This document shows, piece by piece, positions 53,201 through 64,000 of a stretch of DNA of 64,000 nucleotides; position 1 is the stretch's first letter, and every line of letters starts with the position of its first letter. The stretch spans positions 22,010,001 to 22,074,000 of the forward strand of contig OZ059894.1 in assembly GCA_964057225.1 (NCBI GenBank), read 5' to 3'. The translations under genes and the position numbers were made by a program. The notes beneath the pieces are model-generated. The model was not told the DNA's origin. It made no database searches and saw only the letters and a program-made list of their open reading frames with translations. The DNA is from Auanema rhodensis (taxonomy: Eukaryota; Animalia; Nematoda).

Positions 53201-56200
53201 TGAATTATTTTGAAATTTTTCGAAAAAATTTTTGTCAAAATGTTTTTGGAAGCAATGTTGAGTGTACATGGAAACTCAACATACACTAATGCATCATTTT
53301 TCAAACGATCATAACTAATTTTTGTATTAAGCGTTTCTCAATGTAGTATAGTGCATTCGATGCGGATTTTTAAGCTGCGTCGATCTGTGTTATCAGATTT
53401 GCGCTAGCTTAAAAATGCACCGAGATATCAACTGATATAAGTTCACACTTATATCCTCGATTTTCACCCTGAAGAATTAATTTTTTCGTTGAATAACATT
53501 GTCCATCGTCTTTGCCTTAAAAAAAGGAATCTAAAAACATCTACTTTTTGCTAAATTATTTTGAAATTTTTCGAAAAAATTTTTGTCAAAATGTTTTTGG
53601 AAGCAATGTTGAGTGTACATGGAAACTCAACATACACTAATGCATCATTTTTCAAACGATCATAACTAATTTTTGTATCAAACGTTTCTCAATGTAGTAT
53701 AGTGCATTCGATGCGGATTTTTAAGCTGCGTCGATCTGTGTTATCAGATTTGCGCTAGCTTAAAAATGCACCGAGATATCAACTGATATAAGTTCACACT
53801 TATATCCTCGATTTTCACCCTGATGAATTAATTTTTTCGTTGAATAACATTGTCCATCGTCTTTGCCTTGAAAAAAGGAATCTAAAAACATCTACTTTTT
53901 GCTGAATTATTTTGAAATTTTTCGAAAAAATTTTTGTCAAAATGTTTTTGGAAGCAATGTTGAGTGTACATGGAAACTCAACATACACTAATGCATCATT
54001 TTTCAAACGATCATAACTAATTTGTGTATTAAGCGTTTCTCAATGTAGTATAGTGCATTCGATGCGGATTTTTAAGCTGCGTCGATCTGTGTTATCAGAT
54101 TTGCGCTAGCTTAAAAATGCACCGAGATATCAACTGATATAAGTTCACACTTATATCCTCGATTTTCACCCTGAAGAATTAATTTTTTCGTTGAATAACA
54201 TTGTCCATCGTCTTTGCCTTAAAAAAAGGAATCTAAAAACATATACTTTTTGCTAAATTATTTTGAAATTTTTCGAAAAAATTTTTGTCAAAATGTTTTT
54301 GGAAGCAATGTTGAGTGTACATGGAAACTCAACATACACTAATGCATCATTTTTCAAACGATCATAACTAATTTTTGTATCAAACGTTTCTCAATGTAGT
54401 ATAGTGCATTCGATGCGGATTTTTAAGCTGCGTCGATCTGTGTTATCAGATTTGCGCTAGCTTAAAAATGCACCGAGATATCAACTGATATAAGTTCACA
54501 CTTATATCCTCGATTTTCACCCTGAAGAATTAATTTTTTCGTTGAATAACATTGTCCATCGTCTTTGCCTTGAAAAAAGGAATCTAAAAACATCTACTTT
54601 TTGCTGAATTATTTTGAAATTTTTCGAAAAAATTTTTGTCAAAATGTTTTTGGAAGCAATGTTGAGTGTACATGGAAACTCAACATACACTAATGCATCA
54701 TTTTTCAAACGATCATAACTTATTTTTGTATTAAGCGTTTCTCAATGTAGTATAGTGCATTCGTTGCGGATTTTTAAGCTGCGTCGATCTGTGTTATCAG
54801 ATTTGCGCTAGCTTAAAAATGCACCGAGATATCAACTGATATAAGTTCACACTTATATCCTCGATTTTCACCCTGAAGAATTAATTTTTTCGTTGAATAA
54901 CATTGTCCATCGTCTTTGCCTTAAAAAAAGGAATCTAAAAACATCTACTTTTTGCTGAATTATTTTGAAATTTTTCGAAAAAATTTTTGTCAAAATGTTT
55001 TTGGAAGCAATGTTGAGTGTACATGGAAACTCAACATACACTAATGCATCATTTTTCAAACGATCATAACTTATTTTTGTATTAAGCGTTTCTCAATGTA
55101 GTATAGTGCATTCGTTGCGGATTTTTAAGCTGCGTCGATCTGTGTTATCAGATTTGCGCTAGCTTAAAAATGCACCGAGATATCAACTGATATAAGTTCA
55201 CACTTATATCCTCGATTTTCACCCTGAAGAATTAATTTTTTCGTTGAATAACATTGTCCATCGTCTTTGCCTTAAAAAAAGGAATCTAAAAACATCTACT
55301 TTTTGCTAAATTATTTTGAAATTTTTCGAAAAAATTTTTGTCAAAATGTTTTTGGAAGCAATGTTGAGTGTACATGGAAACTCAACATACACTAATGCAT
55401 CATTTTTCAAACGATCATAACTAATTTTTGTATCAAACGTTTCTCAATGTAGTATAGTGCATTCGATGCGGATTTTTAAGCTGCGTCGATCTGTGTTATC
55501 AGATTTGCGCTAGCTTAAAAATGCACCGAGATATCAACTGATATAAGTTCACACTTATATCCTCGATTTTCACCCTGAAGAATTAATTTTTTCGTTGAAT
55601 AACATTGTCCATCGTCTTTGCCTTGAAAAAAGGAATCTAAAAACATCTACTTTTTGCTGAATTATTTTGAAATTTTTCGAAAAAATTTTTGTCAAAATGT
55701 TTTTGGAAGCAATGTTGAGTGTACATGGAAACTCAACATACACTAATGCATCATTTTTCAAACGATCATAACTAATTTTTGTATTAAGCGTTTCTCAATG
55801 TAGTATAGTGCATTCGATGCGGATTTTTAAGCTGCGTCGATCTGTGTTATCAGATTTGCGCTAGCTTAAAAATGCACCGAGATATCAACTGATATAAGTT
55901 CACACTTATATCCTCGATTTTCACCCTGAAGAATTAATTTTTTCGTTGAATAACATTGTCCATCGTCTTTGCCTTAAAAAAAGGAATCTAAAAACATCTA
56001 CTTTTTGCTAAATTATTTTGAAATTTTTCGAAAAAATTTTTGTCAAAATGTTTTTGGAAGCAATGTTGAGTGTACATGGAAACTCAACATACACTAATGC
56101 ATCATTTTTCAAACGATCATAACTAATTTTTGTATCAAACGTTTCTCAATGTAGTATAGTGCATTCGATGCGGATTTTTAAGCTGCGTCGATCTGTGTTA

Positions 56201-59200
56201 TCAGATTTGCGCTAGCTTAAAAATGCACCGAGATATCAACTGATATAAGTTCACACTTATATCCTCGATTTTCACCCTGAAGAATTAATTTTTTCGTTGA
56301 ATAACATTGTCCATCGTCTTTGCCTTGAAAAAAGGAATCTAAAAACATCTACTTTTTGCTGAATTATTTTGAAATTTTTCGAAAAAATTTTTGTCAAAAT
56401 GTTTTTGGAAGCAATGTTGAGTGTACATGGAAACTCAACATACACTAATGCATCATTTTTCAAACGATGATAACTAATTTGTGTATTAAGCGTTTCTCAA
56501 TGTAGTATAGTGCATTCGATGCGGATTTTTAAGCTGCGTCGATCTGTGTTATCAGATTTGCGCTAGCTTAAAAATGCACCGAGATATCAACTGATATAAG
56601 TTCACACTTATATCCTCGATTTTCACCCTGAAGAATTAATTTTTTCGTTGAATAACATTGTCCATCGTCTTTGCCTTAAAAAAAGGAATCTAAAAACATA
56701 TACTTTTTGCTAAATTATTTTGAAATTTTTCGAAAAAATTTTTGTCAAAATGTTTTTGGAAGCAATGTTAAGTGTACATGGAAACTCAACATACACTAAT
56801 GCATCATTTTTCAAACGATCATAACTAATTTTTGTATCAAACGTTTTTCAATGTAGTATAGTGCATTCGATGCGGATTTTTAAGCTGCGTCGATCTGTGT
56901 TATCAGATTTGCGCTAGCTTAAAAATGCACCGAGATATCAACTGATATAAGTTCACACTTATATCCTCGATTTTCCCCCTGAAGAATTAATTTTTTCGTT
57001 GAATAACATTGTCCATCGTCTTTGCCTTGAAAAAAGGAATCTAAAAACATCTACTTTTTGCTGAATTATTTTGAAATTTTTCGAAAAAATTTTTGTCAAA
57101 ATGTTTTTGGAAGCAATGTTGAGTGTACATGGAAACTCAACATACACTAATGCATCATTTTTCAAACGATCATAACTTATTTTTGTATTAAGCGTTTCTC
57201 AATGTAGTATAGTGCATTCGTTGCGGATTTTTAAGCTGCGTCGATCTGTGTTATCAGATTTGCGCTAGCTTAAAAATGCACCGAGATATCAACTGATATA
57301 AGTTCACACTTATATCCTCGATTTTCACCCTGAAGAATTAATTTTTTCGTTGAATAACATTGTCCATCGTCTTTGCCTTGAAAAAAGGAATCTAAAAACA
57401 TCTACTTTTTGCTAAATTATTTTGAAATTTTTCGAAAAAATTTTTGTCAAAATGTTTTTGGAAGCAATGTTGAGTGTACATGGAAACTCAACATACACTA
57501 ATGCATCATTTTTCAAACGATCATAACTTATTTTTGTATTAAGCGTTTCTCAATGTAGTATAGTGCATTCGTTGCGGATTTTTAAGCTGCGTCGATCTGT
57601 GTTATCAGATTTGCGCTAGCTTAAAAATGCACCGAGATATCAACTGATATAAGTTCACACTTATATCCTCGATTTTCACCCTGAAGAATTAATTTTTTCG
57701 TTGAATAACATTGTCCATCGTCTTTGCCTTGAAAAAAGGAATCTAAAAACATCTACTTTTTGCTAAATTATTTTGAAATTTTTCGAAAAAATTTTTGTCA
57801 AAATGTTTTTGGAAGCAATGTTGAGTGTACATGGAAACTCAACATACACTAATGCATCATTTTTCAAACGATCATAACTTATTTTTGTATTAAGCGTTTC
57901 TCAATGTAGTATAGTGCATTCGATGCGGATTTTTAAGCTGCGTCGATCTGTGTTATCAGATTTGCGCTAGCTTAAAAATGCACCGAGATATCAACTGATA
58001 TAAGTTTACACTTATATCCTCGATTTTCACCCTGAAGAATTAATTTTTTCGTTGAATAACATTGTCCATCGTCTTTGCCTTAAAAAATGGAATCTAAAAA
58101 CATCTACTTTTTGCTAAATTATTTTGAAATTTTTCGAAAAAATTTTTGTCAAAATGTTTTTGGAAGCAATGTTGAGTGTACATGGAAACTCAACACACAC
58201 TAATGCATCATTTTTCAAACGATCATAACTAATTTGTGTATTAAGCGTTTCTCAATGTAGTATAGTGCATTCAATGCGGATTTTTAAGCTGCGTCGATCT
58301 GTGTTATCAGATTTGCGCTAGCTTAAAAATGCACCGAGATATCAACTGATATAAGTTCACACTTATATCCTCGATTTTCACCCTGAAGAATTAATTTTTT
58401 CGTTGAATAACATTGTCCATCGTCTTTGCCTTGGAAAAAGGAATCTAAAAACATCTACTTTTTGCTGAATTATTCTGAAATTTTTTGAAAAAATTTTTGT
58501 CAAAATGTTTTTGGAAGCAATGTTGAGTGTACATGGAAACTCAACATACACTAATGCATCATTTTTCAAACGATCATAACTTATTTTTGTATTAAGCGTT
58601 TCTCAATGTAGTATAGTGCATTCGTTGCGGATTTTTAAGCTGCGTCGATCTGTGTTATCAGATTTGCGCTAGCTTAAAAATGCACCGAGATATCAACTGA
58701 TATAAGTTCACACTTATATCCTCGATTTTCACCCTGAAGAATTAATTTTTTCGTTGAATAACATTGTCCATCGTCTTTGCCTTGAAAAAAGGAATCTAAA
58801 AACATCTACTTTTTGCTAAATTATTTTGAAATTTTTCGAAAAAATTTTTGTCAAAATGTTTTTGGAAGCAATGTTGAGTGTACATGGAAACTCAACATAC
58901 ACTAATGCATCATTTTTCAAACGATCATAACTAATTTTTGTATTAAGCGTTTCTCAATGTAGTATAGTGCATTCGATGCGGATTTTTAAGCTGCGTCGAT
59001 CTGTGTTATCAGATTTGCGCTAGCTTAAAAATGCACCGAGATATCAACTGATATAAGTTCACACTTATATCCTCGATTTTCACCCTGAAGAATTAATTTT
59101 TTCGTTGAATAACATTGTCCATCGTCTTTGCCTTAAAAAAAGGAATCTAAAAACATCTACTTTTTGCTAAATTATTTTGAAATTTTTCGAAAAAATTTTT

Positions 59201-62200
59201 GTCAAAATGTTTTTGGAAGCAATGTTGAGTGTACATGGAAACTCAACATACACTAATGCATCATTTTTCAAACGATCATAACTAATTTTTGTATCAAACG
59301 TTTCTCAATGTAGTATAGTGCATTCGATGCGGATTTTTAAGCTGCGTCGATCTGTGTTATCAGATTTGCGCTAGCTTAAAAATGCACCGAGATATCAACT
59401 GATATAAGTTCACACTTATATCCTCGATTTTCACCCTGAAGAATTAATTTTTTCGTTGAATAACATTGTCCATCGTCTTTGCCTTGAAAAAAGGAATCTA
59501 AAAACATCTACTTTTTGCTGAATTATTTTGAAATTTTTCGAAAAAATTTTTGTCAAAATGTTTTTGGAAGCAATGTTGAGTGTACATGGAAACTCAACAT
59601 ACACTAATGCATCATTTTTCAAACGATGATAACTAATTTGTGTATTAAGCGTTTCTCAATGTAGTATAGTGCATTCGATGCGGATTTTTAAGCTGCGTCG
59701 ATCTGTGTTATCAGATTTGCGCTAGCTTAAAAATGCACCGAGATATCAACTGATATAAGTTCACACTTATATCCTCGATTTTCACCCTGAAGAATTAATT
59801 TTTTCGTTGAATAACATTGTCCATCGTCTTTGCCTTAAAAAAAGGAATCTAAAAACATATACTTTTTGCTAAATTATTTTGAAATTTTTCGAAAAAATTT
59901 TTGTCAAAATGTTTTTGGAAGCAATGTTAAGTGTACATGGAAACTCAACATACACTAATGCATCATTTTTCAAACGATCATAACTAATTTTTGTATCAAA
60001 CGTTTTTCAATGTAGTATAGTGCATTCGATGCGGATTTTTAAGCTGCGTCGATCTGTGTTATCAGATTTGCGCTAGCTTAAAAATGCACCGAGATATCAA
60101 CTGATATAAGTTCACACTTATATCCTCGATTTTCCCCCTGAAGAATTAATTTTTTCGTTGAATAACATTGTCCATCGTCTTTGCCTTGAAAAAAGGAATC
60201 TAAAAACATCTACTTTTTGCTGAATTATTTTGAAATTTTTCGAAAAAATTTTTGTCAAAATGTTTTTGGAAGCAATGTTGAGTGTACATGGAAACTCAAC
60301 ATACACTAATGCATCATTTTTCAAACGATCATAACTTATTTTTGTATTAAGCGTTTCTCAATGTAGTATAGTGCATTCGTTGCGGATTTTTAAGCTGCGT
60401 CGATCTGTGTTATCAGATTTGCGCTAGCTTAAAAATGCACCGAGATATCAACTGATATAAGTTCACACTTATATCCTCGATTTTCACCCTGAAGAATTAA
60501 TTTTTTCGTTGAATAACATTGTCCATCGTCTTTGCCTTGAAAAAAGGAATCTAAAAACATCTACTTTTTGCTAAATTATTTTGAAATTTTTCGAAAAAAT
60601 TTTTGTCAAAATGTTTTTGGAAGCAATGTTGAGTGTACATGGAAACTCAACATACACTAATGCATCATTTTTCAAACGATCATAACTTATTTTTGTATTA
60701 AGCGTTTCTCAATGTAGTATAGTGCATTCGTTGCGGATTTTTAAGCTGCGTCGATCTGTGTTATCAGATTTGCGCTAGCTTAAAAATGCACCGAGATATC
60801 AACTGATATAAGTTCACACTTATATCCTCGATTTTCACCCTGAAGAATTAATTTTTTCGTTGAATAACATTGTCCATCGTCTTTGCCTTGAAAAAAGGAA
60901 TCTAAAAACATCTACTTTTTGCTAAATTATTTTGAAATTTTTCGAAAAAATTTTTGTCAAAATGTTTTTGGAAGCAATGTTGAGTGTACATGGAAACTCA
61001 ACATACACTAATGCATCATTTTTCAAACGATCATAACTTATTTTTGTATTAAGCGTTTCTCAATGTAGTATAGTGCATTCGATGCGGATTTTTAAGCTGC
61101 GTCGATCTGTGTTATCAGATTTGCGCTAGCTTAAAAATGCACCGAGATATCAACTGATATAAGTTTACACTTATATCCTCGATTTTCACCCTGAAGAATT
61201 AATTTTTTCGTTGAATAACATTGTCCATCGTCTTTGCCTTAAAAAATGGAATCTAAAAACATCTACTTTTTGCTAAATTATTTTGAAATTTTTCGAAAAA
61301 ATTTTTGTCAAAATGTTTTTGGAAGCAATGTTGAGTGTACATGGAAACTCAACACACACTAATGCATCATTTTTCAAACGATCATAACTAATTTGTGTAT
61401 TAAGCGTTTCTCAATGTAGTATAGTGCATTCAATGCGGATTTTTAAGCTGCGTCGATCTGTGTTATCAGATTTGCGCTAGCTTAAAAATGCACCGAGATA
61501 TCAACTGATATAAGTTCACACTTATATCCTCGATTTTCACCCTGAAGAATTAATTTTTTCGTTGAATAACATTGTCCATCGTCTTTGCCTTGGAAAAAGG
61601 AATCTAAAAACATCTACTTTTTGCTGAATTATTCTGAAATTTTTTGAAAAAATTTTTGTCAAAATGTTTTTGGAAGCAATGTTGAGTGTACATGGAAACT
61701 CAACATACACTAATGCATCATTTTTCAAACGATCATAACTTATTTTTGTATTAAGCGTTTCTCAATGTAGTATAGTGCATTCGTTGCGGATTTTTAAGCT
61801 GCGTCGATCTGTGTTATCAGATTTGCGCTAGCTTAAAAATGCACCGAGATATCAACTGATATAAGTTCACACTTATATCCTCGATTTTCACCCTGAAGAA
61901 TTAATTTTTTCGTTGAATAACATTGTCCATCGTCTTTGCCTTGAAAAAAGGAATCTAAAAACATCTACTTTTTGCTAAATTATTTTGAAATTTTTCGAAA
62001 AAATTTTTGTCAAAATGTTTTTGGAAGCAATGTTGAGTGTACATGGAAACTCAACATACACTAATGCATCATTTTTCAAACGATCATAACTTATTTTTGT
62101 ATTAAGCGTTTCTCAATGTAGTATAGTGCATTCGATGCGGATTTTTAAGCTGCGTCGATCTGTGTTATCAGATTTGCGCTAGCTTAAAAATGCACCGAGA

Positions 62201-64000
62201 TATCAACTGATATAAGTTTACACTTATATCCTCGATTTTCACCCTGAAGAATTAATTTTTTCGTTGAATAACATTGTCCATCGTCTTTGCCTTAAAAAAT
62301 GGAATCTAAAAACATCTACTTTTTGCTAAATTATTTTGAAATTTTTCGAAAAAATTTTTGTCAAAATGTTTTTGGAAGCAATGTTGAGTGTACATGGAAA
62401 CTCAACACACACTAATGCATCATTTTTCAAACGATCATAACTAATTTGTGTATTAAGCGTTTCTCAATGTAGTATAGTGCATTCAATGCGGATTTTTAAG
62501 CTGCGTCGATCTGTGTTATCAGATTTGCGCTAGCTTAAAAATGCACCGAGATATCAACTGATATAAGTTCACACTTATATCCTCGATTTTCACCCTGAAG
62601 AATTAATTTTTTCGTTGAATAACATTGTCCATCGTCTTTGCCTTGGAAAAAGGAATCTAAAAACATCTACTTTTTGCTGAATTATTCTGAAATTTTTTGA
62701 AAAAATTTTTGTCAAAATGTTTTTGGAAGCAATGTTGAGTGTACATGGAAACTCAACATACACTAATGCATCATTTTTCAAACGATCATAACTAATTTTT
62801 GTATTAAGCGTTTCTCAATGTAGTATAGTGCATTCGATGCGGATTTTTAAGCTGCGTCGATCTGTGTTATCAGATTTGCGCTAGCTTAAAAATGCACCGA
62901 GATATCAACTGATATAAGTTTACACTTATATCCTCGATTTTCACCCTGAAGAATTAATTTTTTCGTTGAATAACATTGTCCATCGTCTTTGCCTTGAAAA
63001 ATGGAATCTAAAAACATCTACTTTTTGCTAAATTATTCTGAAATTTTTCGAAAAAATTTTTGTCAAAATGTTTTTGGAAGCAATGTTGAGTGTACATGGA
63101 AACTCAACATACACTAATGCATCATTTTTCAAACGATCATAACTAATTTTTGTATCAAACGTTTCTCAATGTAGTATAGTGCATTCGATGCGGATTTTTA
63201 AGCTGCGTCGATCTGTGTTATCAGATTTGCGCTAGCTTAAAAATGCACCGAGATATCAACTGATATAAGTTCACACTTATATCCTCGATTTTCACCCTGA
63301 AGAATTAATTTTTTCGTTGAATAACATTGTCCATCGTCTTCGCCTTGAAAAAAGAAATCTAAAAACATCTACTTTTTCCTAAATTATTTTGAAATTTTTC
63401 GAAAAAATTTTTGTCAAAATGTTTTTGGAAGCAATGTTGAGTGTACATGGAAACTCAACATACACTAATGCATCATTTTTCAAACGATCATAACTAATTT
63501 GTGTATTAAGCGTTTCTCAATGTAGTATAGTGCATTCGATGCGGATTTTTAAGCTGCGTCGATCTGTGTTATCAGATTTGCGCTAGCTTAAAAATGCACC
63601 GAGATATCAACTGATATAAGTTCACACTTATATCCTCGATTTTCACCCTGAAGAATTAATTTTTTCGTTGAATAACATTGTCCATCGTCTTTGCCTTAAA
63701 GAAAGGAATCTAAAAACATATACTTTTTGCTAAATTATTTTGAAATTTTTCGAAAAAATTTTTGTCAAAATGTTTTTGGAAGCAATGTTGAGTGTACATG
63801 GAAACTCAACATACACTAATGCATCATTTTTCAAACGATCATAACTAATTTTTGTATCAAACGTTTCTCAATGTAGTATAGTGCATTCGATGCGGATTTT
63901 TAAGCTGCGTCGATCTGTGTTATCAGATTTGCGCTAGCTTAAAAATGCACCGAGATATCAACTGATATAAGTTCACACTTATATCCTCGATTTTCACCCT
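50244..64000. repeat. Satellite subfamily domain Y'
   Basis: Begins with the same TTTTCACCATGAAG monomer as domain Y and carries Y alleles throughout. Confidence 0.85.
55700..62090. repeat. 9-monomer higher-order repeat (3159 bp) x2, boundaries approximate
   Basis: The private alleles ACGATGA, ATGTTAAGTG, ACGTTTTTCA and TTTTCCCCCTG each occur twice, 3159 apart. ORF-track pairs are 56272/59431, 56959/60118 and 58378/61537. Confidence 0.9.

Larger units (their letters stand above)
1..64000. repeat. 351-bp AT-rich tandem satellite array, about 181 head-to-tail monomers, open at both window edges
   Basis: GCTAGCTTAAAAATGCACCGAG recurs at 1, 352, 703, 1054 ... 3511, then at 4263+351n. Monomers differ by a few recurrent SNPs. 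No inversion seen, and one interruption (3548-3943). Confidence 0.99.

Noticed and set aside
18715-62781. Dozens of 63/68-aa minus-strand ORFs (MKNDALVYVEF...) as a tandem gene family
   Set aside because: Each appears only where the SNP GCTAAATT>GCTGAATT turns TAG into CAG. Most monomers keep the stop, the F/K/I/N-rich composition reflects A/T tracts, and I see no recognisable domain or gene structure.
1-64000. CRISPR array or other repeat-spacer system
   Set aside because: There are no unique spacers. The whole 351 bp is repeated and no cas-like ORFs are present.

Overview
The whole 64 kb is one head-to-tail array of an AT-rich 351-bp satellite (about 181 monomers, one orientation, differing almost only by substitutions), as expected of eukaryotic (peri)centromeric or heterochromatic DNA. 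I cannot assign the species. The only non-satellite sequence is a 396-bp insertion at 3548-3943, flanked by an ATATA target-site duplication. It looks like a solo LTR: imperfect inverted termini with a non-canonical TCG...ACA pair, TATA at -31 from a TCATTT initiator, a double E-box dyad, and AATAAA followed by a GT-rich tract. Diagnostic SNPs, read by eye, show layered organisation: two monomer subfamilies alternate in large domains (X 1-18653, Y 18654-41116, X' 41117-50243, Y' 50244-64000), the X->Y junction recurs exactly 31,590 bp (90 monomers) later, and local higher-order repeats of 2, 4, 7, 9, 10 and 11 monomers occur. Each monomer holds several dyad symmetries, and the insertion sits in one of them. 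All ORFs in the supplied track are satellite SNP by-products. I found no credible protein-coding gene, RNA gene or CRISPR array.
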